From Mobula hypostoma (lineage: Eukaryota): a stretch of 64,000 nucleotides of DNA. Positions 24,255 through 36,664 of the stretch are shown piece after piece; the stretch's first letter is position 1, and each line of letters opens with the position of its first letter. Position numbers and translations under genes: made by a program. The notes under the pieces are model-generated. The model was given only the letters and a program-made list of their open reading frames with translations. It was not told the DNA's origin and searched no databases. Location: assembly GCF_963921235.1 (NCBI RefSeq), contig NC_086106.1, forward strand, positions 71,114,001 to 71,178,000. Reading direction: 5' to 3'.

Positions 24255-25760
24255 ATGAAGTGCTTTGAGATGCATGGTCATGTTCAGAATTAACTCCTCC
24301 ATAAGCAAGGACTTGGACCAACTGCACCACGGCAGATCTATAGCAGACTCATTCTCATTGGCTCTCCACTCAGCTTTAAAACACCCGGGCAACAGCAGTA
24401 TAAATGCCAGGTTGCTGTTTATCAACACCATCATTCCCCCACTACCAAGCAACGAGCTTCTAAACTTGGGCACTTGGTCCTCAGTATACCTTCTATAACA
24501 TAAAACTTGTCTTCCTCTAACGTGACCACAGTCAGTGCAGATATGTAATGAATCAATATTCCACAAGAAGATGGCACCTGTGAACAATGCTACCAAAGGC
24601 AACATCCTCCAGATGGTTCACAAAGCAACTGCTTTCACTTCTGTAAGGTCTTCTTTTTATTTCAGATGTGGTTCTGCTACTATCAGAGTCTGTTATCTAC
24701 GTTCTGGCGGCGTGTATTCGGGCTGATTGGCTGGTCTAGCACTTTGCTATCTCTGAGAGGATTCCATGAAGCTGCAAGCGAAACCTGGAGATGGGGTGAG
24801 CTCATGATCAACTCCATCTCTTGCAGATCTCGCTGATTAAAGCTCCAACGAACATTAAAATAATTGAGGCAAGTTCAGAGGGTGAGTGAGCCTTCTACCA
24901 GCCTCCAGCCTCTCACTCGCTGCTGCCAGAAGAGGGTGTCTGTGTGAGATGGTCCCTCTCTCCCTCTCACTCACTGCTCCCGATGGAGAGTCTCTGCATT
25001 CAAATGGTCTTTCTCTTACCTCAATAGTCAGAGGATGGTGCCAGATCAAGGTTTAATCAACATGGATTTTGGATTGTGGACTCTAATTCATGTATATGAT
25101 GTATTCTAGTTGCTGGTTGTCCAATTTTTGTTGATGTTTTGGGGTGACTTTTGAATGGGGATAGCGAATACTGAGCTGAACTGAAATCTGCCTTTTGAGT
25201 TTGTGCTTTATATTCTATGTTTCCACCTTTTTTTTGTTGGTGTTTATACAATTTGTGTTCTTTTGCACATGGGGAAGGAAGATCAATGTTTTTTTTATAC
25301 TTTGAATGGATTCCACGGTTCTTCTTTACTTTGTGGCTGTTCATGGGGAAGATGAGTCTTAGGGTTGTATACTGCATATATACTTTGATAATAAATGTAC
25401 TTTGAATCCTTTGAAATATCTTCCTCCTTGACAATCAATGTGGGCACATCCTGAGGATATGTGCTTAGGCCACAGTTCTATTCACTCAACACTAATAGCT
25501 GTGTGGCTAACACAGCTTAAATGCCATTTATAGATTTGCTGATGGCATCAGTGCTATTGGTAAAATCTCAAATGGAGATGAAGAGGCATACAGGAGTGAG
25601 ATAGATCAGTTGGTTAAATGGTGTCACAACAACAGTCTTGAAGTCAGCATCAGCAAGACCAAGGAATTGTTTGTGGACTTTATGAAGTAAGGAAAATACA
25701 CATCAATCCTCAATGAGCAGTAAGCAGTGAAAAGGGTAAGCAGCTTCAAGCTCCTGGGTG
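24255..25760 (+). mobile_element. Rex1/Babar RT fragment interrupted by retroposon copy C
   Basis: RSIADSFSLALHSALKH..ARLLFINTIIP precedes the insertion. RFADGISAIGKISNGDEEAYRSEID..SKTKELFVDF follows it. Confidence 0.8.
24567..25416 (+). mobile_element. Non-autonomous retroposon (Rex-tail family), copy C
   Basis: Begins GAAGATGGCACC. Ends AGGGTTGTATACTGCATATATACTTTGATAATAAATGTACTTTGAATCCTTTGAA, similar to the Rex tail at 6965-7035. Both ends are bounded by host Rex sequence. Confidence 0.7.
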
Positions 25761-25761
25761 T

Positions 25762-26212
25762 AGAGATGAGATTGCTGGATCCTTGACATATATCTTCATG
25801 TTTTGTTTTTCTCCTCCCTCACCACAGGCAAGGTCCCAAAGGACTTGCAAGTAGCTAATGTTGTTTCATTATTTAAGAAGAGAACCAGGGATAATCCTGG
25901 AAACTATAGACTGGTGAGTCTCATGCCAATTGCAGGGAAATTACTGAAGAATGTTACCAGGTTTTCTGCATTTTGGATATGGACTTGGACGATAGACTTT
26001 TTTCAGTCTTATGATTTTTCTAATTCTGTGTTTTTCACCTGAACTTTCTCTTTTTTGTTTTGTCTTTAGGGAAGTGGGATTTGGGGATCGATGAGCCTCA
26101 TCCATTTTTGGTGATATTTTTGTGCAAGGAGGGGTTATTTTGGGGTTGATGAATGTGCTGCTGTCCTTTACTTTCTTGGTTTTGTGGCTATCTGGAGAGT
26201 CTTTGAACCTTT
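25762..26212 (+). mobile_element. CR1 RT fragment (25762-25950) followed by a Rex-tail retroposon fragment
   Basis: TGKVPKDLQVANVVSLFKK..NPGNYRLVSL, then TTTGTGGCTATCTGGAGAG..TTTGAACCTTTG. Confidence 0.65.
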
Positions 26213-27004
26213 GTCTTGGTTATTATCTAGTGTATGTCTCCAGGTGACAAGAATTGATAAAGCCACTTTTCCGCTCTCCCGACTGCTGAAATTTGGTTCT
26301 GTGATCAATTATTTGAAGGCGTACTTCAGATAGACCACTCATTCAAATTTTCTATTTCCCTTGCTAAATAAATCATACTTAATTTTCTAAAGGAGAGTAA
26401 CAAAGTTCAATGTGATTGAATGACTAAACAATGTATTATGTCCATATCCTTGGAGCTGAAAACTGGCAGCAGGAAGATTAGTGTTGTTTGAAGGGATCAC
26501 AAGCTTCAGTTCACATACTTTGATACCCATGTGTAGCTTAGGTTAAAAAAATGGTTATACACAGAATTTGGTGTTTAGTTTTGTTTTGCTTCATTTTGTA
26601 TAAAAATTAGATAATTGAAATAAAGATTTACAGTGTCAATTGGACCTGCTGTTCACTAGTACATCATTGGTAAAATCTTGTCCTTTTTTATACAATTTAT
26701 TTCAGTACTTTTATTATCATGGTTGACTGAACAGGGCACATCTTCTGCAGAAAGAAAAAAACTTAGTTGAATAATTAAATAAAATCTATTAATATTACCC
26801 AATTAGCAACCATGTTACATCTAAATTGTTATATATGAGCTGAAAACACAAGACAAAAATGAGATTTTGCTCTTGACAGGCTCTCTGAGCTCTGTCAGTA
26901 GTTTAAGACAATGACACCAAGTTGTGAAATAAATGCTTTAGTTATCAATGAACCCTGACAGTGCAGCACCATTTGAAATTAACAAATGTTAGCAAAAATC
27001 ATCG

Positions 27005-27352
27005 TCTAAATTTTTGATTCCTACTCCCATGTTTCTAGTTTTCTTAGTGGCCTCTTTTTTTTTTGTTGCTAGTTTGCTTTTTGAATTGGGGCAGCCTGCA
27101 GATAAGGAATATTGAGGTGAGTTGAAATATGCCTTTTGATTTTGTGTTTTATATTTTTCGTTTATCATTTGTTGCCACCAGTGCGATTTGTTTTCTTTTT
27201 GTGGATCGCAGGGATGGGAAGGTATGACGTTGATTTTTCTTTGAACATGTCCCATGGTTCTTTTTTGTTTTGTGGCTGTCTGTGGGCAAGACAAATCTCA
27301 GGTTTGTATACCTTGATAATAAATGTTCTCTGAATCCTTGAATCCTTTGAAT
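27005..27352 (+). mobile_element. 3' part of a Rex-tail retroposon, copy E
   Basis: Resembles 25070-25416. Tail TGATAATAAATGTTCTCTGAATCCTTGAATCCTTTGAA. Confidence 0.7.
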
Positions 27353-27762
27353 CCATCAGTGCAGCCCATCATGCTTACCTTACAGTTTTGCTTCATCATC
27401 TAACTCGTGTCCTATAAAGAATTAAAATTATTTTAGTTATATTATGCTCTCCCAGAATAGCAATGGCAAAAGAAGCTTTCCAAAAAATGAAGACCATATT
27501 AACAGACAGAAAGATGAGCACGTACACTAAAAACAGAATACTGCAGTGCTACATTTATTCTATCCTGACTTGTGGAAGTGAATGCTGGACCATTTCTCCA
27601 GCAATGGAAAAGAGACTGGAAGCAGCTGAATTATGGATCTACAGGAGAATGTTGAAAATATCATGGACCACATACACATCAAATGAAGAAGTTCTCAGAA
27701 GAGCCCAAGCAGTTCGATCACTCATATCAACAATAAGAGAAAGACAACTCAGATTCCTAGGA

Positions 27763-28005
27763 ACACACATAAAAGTTGCTGGTGAACGCAGCAGGCCAGG
27801 CAGCATCTCTAGGAAGAGGTAGAGTAGACATTTCGGGCCAAGATACTTCGTCAGGACTAACTGAAAGAAGGTTAGTCCTGACGAAGGGTCTCGGCCTGAA
27901 ACGTCGACTGTACCTCTTCCTAGAGATGCTGCCTGGCCTGCTACATTCACCAGCAACTTTTACGTGTGTTGCTTGAAATTCCAGCATCTGCAGATTTCCT
28001 CATGT
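27763..28005. mobile_element. Palindromic PLE-derived mini-element (two inverted 100-bp pLTR arms plus a 35-nt tail)
   Basis: Arms 27762-27861 and 27871-27970 with a 9-nt spacer. 14-bp TSD TCAGATTCCTAGGA (27749-27762, 28006-28019). Confidence 0.92.
27874..27909 (+). ncRNA. Minimal type I hammerhead ribozyme motif (intact core)
   Basis: AGTC-CTGACGA-AGGGTCTCGGCCT-GAAAC-GTC-GACT. Predicted cleavage after C27905. Confidence 0.8.
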
Positions 28006-29669
28006 TCAGATTCCTAGGACACATCATGCTGAAAGATGAACTAGAAAAACTCATACTCTCTGGAAAGATTGAGGGGAGCAAACCTAGAGGAAGACCTTGG
28101 CTTATGTACATCAAAAGCATAGCCAGGTGGCTACACATTGAGGAAATGGAAGTCATGCAAAAAACGAAGGATAGATCTATATGGAAAACCATGGTCACCA
28201 AAGTCCACATTGGATATGGTACCTAGACAGACAGACATTATGCTCTCCATCTTCTCTATAAGAAATCAGACATATATAGATATTGATGATACAATGTATG
28301 AATTTCCAACAAAATTTAGGTGTCTGGAGAGCCTGTAGATAACAGCAAATAAAGCACTGAATCCACAGTTCTCATGTTCTGCATTTTCTTCAACAATTTC
28401 TGTGCAGGGATTCAAGATCAGGCTATTTGTTCTTTTTTTGTATCATCCTGTAAGTCTTCTGTTATGTTGCCATTAACTGCAGAAAGATTTCCACAACCCA
28501 CATCAGCCACAGTTCTCCCTCAATGACACACTGCTGCATCAGTACCGCCTTTGGCAATTTGAGGAAAAGAAAGTCCAAGATTCAGCACAGAACTCATGTT
28601 CTTACGAGTCAGCAGTGATCTTTAGATTCCTGTGTGATTCTGAGACCTGAGCTTCCTACAGCAAACATCTCAAATGATTGGAGAAATACCACAAATTTCC
28701 ACAAAATCTATCAAATCAATTTACAAGATAATCAGATCAATACCTGTATCCTGTTCCCAGGCCAACTTTAAACACCCAGTTAGTGTTATTAGGAAGGGAA
28801 TGTCATTCACATGCCCAACACCAGATTCCAGAAAGACACTCAATTCTGAGCTCTGTCAAAACCCAGACATATCAAGTGAAGAAAAGTTTCCTCAAAATGA
28901 CCTAGGAATCTCTGATGTTTGAGCAATTGAAGTGGTGGAGGAGCCCTTAGTTGGTTTTAGAAGACTTAGGATCCATGTGTCAGGAACACAAAGAACAATG
29001 GCAAAAATGACAGAAGAAATTCACCACATCTCAAACTAACTCTCTATCTATCCTCCCTGTCCTAAACCTCCTATGCCACCTTGAATCTTGTAGATCCCAC
29101 AATAGCCTTGTTAATTGATCAAAACTCGGGTGGAAGCAAATCAGCCCTTATCCCTAGGAACAGCATAGGAAAAGAAGAAGACCTATCTTTAAAAAATGTA
29201 AAGAGGCCTTGGACTGTGCAGACTAACTTGGACTAAATTTAGCCAGACGAAATAAGGCTCTTGCCAATGTGATATAAGCTACAATAAGACTTCTTAAGTC
29301 ATTATAATCAGCAGGCACCTAGATTTTCTGTGTATTGTTGAGACTAGGGAGAACAGCAAGATCTAATGATGTGTTATAATCATGGTTACCATTGACTAAC
29401 TTTGTCTCCAGTGTTTCTTCCCAGTTAGTTCATCTTATCCACAAGATCAAAGTTCAAAAGTTCAAAATTCCAAGAAAATTTATTATTAAGGTATCATAGA
29501 GATTCATTTTCTTGTGGACATACTTAGTAAATCCAACAGCCATAATAAAATCAATGGAAGACTGCACCAACAGGACAGACAAACAGTGTATCATTTTTGC
29601 TAGTTATTAGGTTTTCTGAGTTGTTCAATGCTCATCCATCTGTTATTCACTGAATGTCCACAGAACTTT

Positions 29670-29830
29670 ACTACTCATCTGAAGATGAGAGTTTGAATCC
29701 CACTGTGTCAGCTAGAATATTTAAGTTCAAGTAATTGAAAATGCCTGGAATATAAAAACTAGTATCACTAATGATGACCGTGAGATTGCTGGATAGTCAT
29801 AAAAACCCATCTGGATACAGAAGTGTACCA
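29670..29830 (+). mobile_element. Old tRNA-derived SINE fragment
   Basis: B-box-like GTTTGAATCCC followed by CTAGTATCACTAATGATGACCGTGA..TAAAAACCCATCTGG, resembling a common chondrichthyan SINE (recalled). Confidence 0.5.
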
Positions 29831-30309
29831 GAGATGCACTTATCATTTATTGTGTGGAACCTTCTGTCACCACAACTACAGCAATGCTTGAGGCTCAGCA
29901 TTATGCAAGGGAATGCTTTTTCCTTTGTGTGGTCATAGAGCTTGCAAAAGGTAATTATGAAATCTCGGATCAGGATCGATTCAGAGACCTATAACAAAGG
30001 TCTTTGGTTTGGGATTGGAGGCCATTGATGATTATGGATAGGAAGAAGGATTCAAGCAAAAGTCAAATATTTTTAATTTTCATTTAAGGTCTTGGGAGTT
30101 GTGAATCAGGCAAGGGGAAAATGAGAGTCTAGGGTTGGAAATTAATAGCACTAGATGGGTTAATGAGAGTGTGTGTGTGTGTGGAGGGTAAGTACTTAGA
30201 TTGCAGTAACTGGTGGATTGCAGTGTTAATCAAGTGAAGTTCAAGAGTTTTGAGGAAATTGTGAATTGTGAACAAAGGAGCAAGTGTTGATACCAAATAG
30301 TGGAATCAT

Positions 30310-30742
30310 TTTCTAAGGAAAGATCGGACAAGCTTTTCTCTTTGGAGCAAAGGAGGATGAGATGGCTTGATAGAGGTGTATAAGATGTTAAGAGGTATAC
30401 CGTAGATAGAATGGGCAGCCAGGACTTTTTATCCCAAGGCAGCAATGGCTAATACAAGAGCGTATACTTTAAGGAGATTGGAGGAAAGTATAGGAGGGAT
30501 GTCACAGGTAGGTTTTTTACACAGAGAGAGTTAAGTGCATGAACACACTGCCAGTGCTGGTGGTAGAGAGGATACATTAGGGACTTTTAAGAAACTTTTC
30601 ATTACCCACATAGGTGAATGAAAAATGGAGGGTTATGTAGGAGGAAAGGGTTAGATTGATCTTGGATTAGGTTAAAAGCTCAATACAACATCATCGGCCA
30701 TCGGACCTGTATTGTTCTGTGTACTATATTCTAGGTTCTAAA
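30310..30742 (+). mobile_element. CR1 3' fragment
   Basis: CTTTGGAGCAAAGGAGGATGAGATGGCTTGATAGAGGTGTATAAGAT and a TTCT-repeat tail. Confidence 0.8.
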
Positions 30743-30789
30743 GGGCAGCAGGACTGGAGGGGTACAGTCACTCTGAATCAGAGTAATCA

Positions 30790-32635
30790 GCACAATTCCT
30801 TGCAGCACTGGGTAATGAGGGGAGATTTGATCGAGGTATACAGAATTATGAGGGGCTTAGGTCAAGTTAATGCAAAGAGGCTCTTTCCACTGAATAAGAC
30901 ACAGATTAAAGGTCATAGGTTAAGGATGAAAGGTGAAATATTTAAGGGGAACCTGAGGGGGAACTTATTTAATCAAAGGACAGTGCGAGCGGAAGTGGTG
31001 GATGCAGATTTGATTGCAACATTTAAGAGAAGTTGGAGGGTGGCAAATGTTAATATTTTATTTTCAAGCAAAGGACTAAGGATAACCGTAGAATTATAGA
31101 CCAGTGAGTCTAACTACAATGGTGGGCAAACTTGTGGAGAAGTTTCTTAGAGATAGGATTTATAAATATTTGGTGAAGCATAATTTGATTAGCAACAGTC
31201 AGCATGGCTTTGTGAGGGGCTGGTCATGCTTCATGAGTCTGATTGAATTCTTTGAGGATGTGACAAATCACATTGATGAAGGTAAAGCTGTGGATATACT
31301 GTATATGGATTTTTGTAATACAGTTGATAAGGTTCCCCATAGTAAGCTTATTCAGAAAGTCAGAAGGCATACGATCCAGGAAAACTTGGCTGTGAGGATA
31401 TAGAACTGGCTTGCCCATAGAAGGAAGAGGGTGGTAGTAGATGGAGCATCTTCTGCTTGGAGGTCTGTCACCAGTGATGTTCCTTAGGGATCTGTTCTGG
31501 GACCCCTGCTCTTTGTGGATTTTATTAATGACTTGGATGAGGAAGCGGAAGGGTGGGTTAGTATGCTTGCAGATGATGCTGAGGTTTGTAGAGCTGTGGA
31601 TAGTGTAGTGAGTTATTTTAGGTTGCAGTGGCCACTGACAGAATGCAAAGCTGGGCTGAGAAGTGGCAGATGGAGTTTACCTGGAAAAATGTGAAATTAC
31701 TCATTTTAGAAGGTCAAATTTGAAGACCGAATATAGGGTTAATGTCAGAAATTTTGGCAAAGTGGAGGAACAGAGGGATCTTGAGTCCTACATTCATAGA
31801 TCCCTGAAAGTTGCCATGCAAGATGGTAAGGTTGTTAACAAGAAATATAATGTGTTAGTCTTCATTAGTTGGGGACTGAGTTCAATAGCCACAAGGTAAT
31901 GTTGCAGTTTTAATGTTTTAATAAAACTTTGGTTAGACCACAATTGGAATATTGTTTTCAGTTTTCATCGCCTCATTATAGGAAGGATGTGGAACCTTTA
32001 TAGAGGGTGCAGAGGAGATTTACCAGGATGTTGCCTAGACTGGAGGGCAAGCCTTAAGAAGATAAGTTGAGCGAGCTAGGGTTTCTCTTTGTGAAGTGAA
32101 AGAGAATGAGAGGAGAATTGATAGAGTTGTACAAGATGATTAGAGGCGTAGTTAGGGTGGATAGGCAGATACTTTTTTCCCAGAGCGGAAATAACCAATA
32201 AAAGGGAGCATACTTTTAAGATAATTGAAGGGAAGTATAAGGGGGATGTCAGAAGTATATTCTTCACATAGAGAGTGGTGTGTGTGTGGAAACATTGCCT
32301 GGACTGATGGTAGAGGCAGGTACATTAGGGGCATTTAAGAAACTTTTAGATAGACACTTTTAAGGATAGAAGAATGGAGGGGTATGTAAGAGGGAAGGGT
32401 TAGATTGATCTCAAAATAGGTTAAAAGGTCAGCATAACATTGTGAGCCAAAAGATAATGTTCTATGGTCTACATATATTCTATATTCTAAGTTGGATAGG
32501 TACATGGATGGGAGGGGTATAGAAGAATATGGTGCAGATGCAGGTCAATGGGACTAGGCCGAATAGCAGTTTGGCATGGACTGGATAGGCCAGTAGACCT
32601 GCTTCTGTAATGCAGTGCTCTGTGACGCTATGATT
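30790..32635 (+). mobile_element. CR1 3' end (30790-31037 and 32489-32635) with a second CR1 (31038-32488) nested inside
   Basis: Outer: MRGDLIEVYRIMRG. Inner: RT (SQHGFVRGWSC..IEFFEDVT; GSVLGPLLF; LADD) with tail TTCTATGGTCTAC..TTCTATATTCT. 8-bp TSD AAGTTGGA (31030-31037, 32489-32496). Confidence 0.85.
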
Positions 32636-34760
32636 AAAACTTCAGTCTGACCTAATTTCTGCAGGCAATGCTTTAAACAGAAATTACACAGATAAAGAGG
32701 TCACCATAGCTGAAAGCCAGCTGACCTGCATCATTGTACTATGTGATACAAAGTGCTTAATTAAATAGTCAATTGTCACCAAAAGATGAATATACATCTC
32801 AGTCACAATTTGTGTGAAATTTGTTTATGTTAAAGATAACATTTCTGAAGTTATCATTTCCGGTGATGTACTTCTTGCCCAATGTAATTCTTTTTTGATA
32901 CAATTAGTAAATCGGTAAACTGGTTTATTTCTGTCGCAAGTACTAAGGTACAGAGAAAAAAATTTGATTTCCAATCCATCCACTCACAGTCAGTGAAAGA
33001 ATTCTTACCAAAAAATTACTCTGCTGTTACTTGTACCACATAACCATGATAGTACATTGTACGTTGCATCTGAAAATTATTCCATTGACTCCAGTGGAAA
33101 TGCAGTTGGAAGCAGAGCATTATGCATAGCTTTCTGTGTTTAGGAAACTGATAATCACTAAACAATATTAATCAAATAAAGCAGTTGGAGTTTGGTAGAA
33201 AAATATTTTGTTCTTAAAAGTTAACATTCTTTACTCCTACCTGGAGAACGTATGTTTCATTTTTAAAGGAAGTTTTACATTTCCTATCTTTAGATCCTTT
33301 AGAACACTTGTGATGTTAGCTTTAAATTTTTAATTTAATTGAGAGTCACAGTTATCTCTATGTCTTGTCTCATAAATTTTATATTTTGTGCTGACAAAGT
33401 CCCTCATATCAACAAGCATGTTCGTTCTGACCTATTTTATAAAGTATGGCTGAGATCAATGTAATTTACATTCAGCCTTTGCAGTAATGAATACGTCCAA
33501 AGAACACTGCATTTTAAGATGCAGGTAATCAATTTAAAATTTAGTTTAAAATTGCATACATTTTACGCAAGTCCTAGTTTGGTAACCTTTAACAAAAAAG
33601 TTTCTGTACCTCTTGAGACACCACATTATAGTTAAGATCTGATTTATGTTATAACATCTGTCTACTTTTCCCTGGGCTCCAGTCTTGTGAAGATATACTG
33701 TCATCTCTTCTAATGACTTATCAAAGGATAGACACAGCTGTGATATTGTCATTACCAATGGGAAACAAGTGCAGCTTGCCTCAATTCATTTTCAACCAGG
33801 AAAATAAATACAAAATCTTATTTCTTCTTTGGCTAGAGACTTAATATAAAGTTTACTGTAAGCATCACTTCCACAGACAGATTACATTTTGTCAGCCCTC
33901 TGCTGCATTTCAATCAAAACTTAGAACCACATGACACTAGAAAATGTATTTTTCTCTTCATGTTAAATGTCAGAATGTATTTCTATTTCTTCCTATAATA
34001 ATTTTATGTGTTAACCATGTCTCTTTGGCATCCAGAACTTAATTGTTGAACCAGACACTGCAAACATTTAACATTTAATTTTAAGGGTGACACCAATTGG
34101 GAGAATTCATCTTCATGCATCCTCATATTTCCCCCAATGAATGATTACCAGTTTAATTCAACAAAATGTCAATGGAGACTAAAAGCAGGCACTCTAGATT
34201 TTCCCCTGGCAATGACATGTAATAATGTCTAATATAAATTTGAAGTTAATGGTGTCCCATTGTGGGTGATTTGCCACACAGCTTAACAAATCACGAACAA
34301 AACCTTTCCGTTAACATCTGAACATTTCAGAATGACAGCAATTACCCATAAATTTGTCCAGACCTTTGGATTTTTAATGATTTGGATCCACAATGTGGTA
34401 CCAAGCCAAAAAGGAAACATCAGTGCTCAAACATAATACTTTTTAAAGGTAGTTAACTGATCACCAAATACATTAGCATGATAGCACGTTGATAAGAAGC
34501 ACAGCAAAATTACAATGGAGTAGGGGCCAAATTCACCCATGATTAAAATTAGTTAAGAAATAGCTGAGAAATAAAGACCTTGTAAAATACTTTTAAAGAA
34601 TGATTATTAGACCTAGGTTTTGCTACTAAGTATCAGTACTGGGTTACATGATTCTACAAAGAGAAGTCAATGGCATTGCCCAATTGATTTTAACTCTAAT
34701 TTCACAATCCATCCCATGCCAGCTCAAATTTGCAATGCCCTTTTCGTTCTCTACTCCTAG

Positions 34761-34797
34761 GCAATCCGTAAGATTTTCAATGCAACTTACTCACCAG
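34761..34797 (+). CDS. Candidate 37-nt exon
   Basis: Acceptor CCCTTTTCGTTCTCTACTCCTAG, donor CAG|GTAAGG. Open as AIRKIFNATYSP (phase 0-1) or QSVRFSMQLTHQ (phase 2-0). Non-repeat context. Confidence 0.4.
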
Positions 34798-35734
34798 GTA
34801 AGGATAATATTTTACACATCCTGCCTTGACACCTTGCTTAGTGTATCCTTGCAAGAAAGGGTTTTGCTCCGTAATATTCAGATTCCTTTTCAGGCCTTTA
34901 TTAATGGATCTGGTATCAATAATCATAGATATTTTGTTTATAAGGAGTTGTGTCAGGAACATCAAAATGGAGATTTGAATGGTATTAAAAAGTCATTGCT
35001 TTTACAGGATTACTCTGTTTATTCTGAAACTAAGTTCCAATTTATTGATGTTCCATCTTATGCCAGGTCAGTATTAACAAGCCAGAAATTCAATGACATG
35101 CCCTTTTATATTAGAATGACATGCAATTGAAAATGAAGCACAATAGCAACAAATGACATATAGTTTACATCACTCCTCGACTTCATCCTTGTCCTTCCTA
35201 GCATGAGCTGTAGCTGTGCATCAGACACATGGCAAACTATTTCATTCCTTGTGTGATAAATATGTGGTTAATTTACAAATGACCAATGATGACACCTCCT
35301 TGGAACAATTATCAGGAGCATTGTCAGAAAAATAAGACTAAGCTATTCTGCAGAGTAGCTATCATTTATAATTCACTTGCTTCCATTGGCTACCATGGAC
35401 TGGGACCCCAGCAAAGTAAATAAAATCCTTACCCTATACCATATGGTAAGTTCCCTTGTGTCTTTGAGCTTTCCAGCCAGTTGTTCACTAAATTCTCCAT
35501 CTACATGTTCGTCAACTCCTGACACCACCCCCTAAATATCTCCAATGGTCTTAAACAAGTCTATGATGTACCAACCCATCTCACTCCAGCACTATTCAGG
35601 CAACTAGATCAGGTCTTCCCTGTTCCCCATTGCTGGCCATTGGGCTTCCACCTAAATTCCCATTTTCCTTGAAAACATTCCACCATATTCGGTGCCAGAC
35701 TTAGTTTCTCCCCCACAAAGTCCACCAAACATGA

Positions 35735-35880
35735 CAGAAGCAAGAGAAAATCTGCCAATTCTGGAAATCCAAGCAACACGCACAAAATGCTTGAGGAACG
35801 CAGCAGGCCAGGCAGCATCTATGGAAAAAAATACAGTCGACGTTTCAGCTGAGACCTTTCGGCAGGACTGGAGAGAGAAA
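35735..35880 (-). mobile_element. PLE pLTR end with tail and a mutated hammerhead
   Basis: GAGAAAATCTGC..CTGGAAATCCAAGCAACACGCAC...CAGTCGACGTTTCAGCTGAGACCTTTCGGCAGGACTGG. The core reads CUGCCGA. Confidence 0.8.
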
Positions 35881-36124
35881 AAAAGAAAAAAAAGTGACAG
35901 AATGTGTGTAACGTTGACCCAAGATTGTCCAGACCAATTGTGCTATAAAATAAACTATGTATTCATCAGAAAACAGACCTTTTATAATGCAGATCCATTT
36001 CTAAGCCATACCTGAAAGATTTATTATCTTCTGATTGGGTGTAATTGAATGATACTATCAGGATCTTGATTTTTGATAGTCTTAACTAAAGATTACTTCT
36101 TAGAATGGAAATACAATGCAGCTA

Positions 36125-36660
36125 GATAGAACATAGAAAATCTAAATCACATTACAGGCCCTTTGGCCCACAATGTTGTACCATCCATGTAACCTACTCT
36201 AGAAGCTGCCTAGAATTTCTCTAACACATAGCCCACTATTTTTCTAAGCTTCATGTACCTATCAAAGAGCCTCTTAAAAGACCTTACTGTATCCACCTCT
36301 ACCATCTTCACTAGCAGTGTATTCCATGCACCCACCACTCTGTGTGAAAAACTTATCTTTGACATCCCCCTTGTACCTGCTATCAAGCACCTTAAAACTA
36401 TGCCCCCTCATGTTAGCTATTTTAGCCCTGTAAAAAAGCCTCTACCTATCTACACATCGACACCTCTCATCATCTTATACAACTCTATCAGTTCAACTCT
36501 CATCCTCCGTCGCTCCAAGAGAAAAGGCCAAGTTCACTCAACCTATTCTCGTAAGGTATAGTCTCCAATCCAGGTAACATCTTTGTAAATCACCTTTACA
36601 CTCTCTTTGTAGCATGAGGTGACCAGAACTGAACATAGTACTCCAAGTGGGGTCTAATAT
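36125..36660 (-). mobile_element. CR1 3' fragment
   Basis: Tail ATAGAACATAGAAAAT. Homologous to 62390-62925. Confidence 0.85.
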
Positions 36661-36664
36661 TCTC

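Larger units (their letters stand above)
27455..28238 (+). mobile_element. RTE-clade LINE 3' fragment, interrupted
   Basis: MAKEAFQKMK..RILQCYIYSILTCGSECWT..LEAAELWIYRRMLKISW..RQLRFLG, then HIMLKDELEKLILSGKIEGSKPRGRP after the insertion. (AGAC)n tail. Confidence 0.9.

Noticed and set aside
27763-28005. Classification as a DNA-transposon MITE
   Set aside because: The arms are PLE pLTR sequence, the ends are asymmetric, and TSD length varies (10-16 bp) among related insertions.
34648-35130. 160-aa ORF as a standalone gene
   Set aside because: No recognisable domain and intron-like AT content. Only the internal 37-nt exon-like segment has support.
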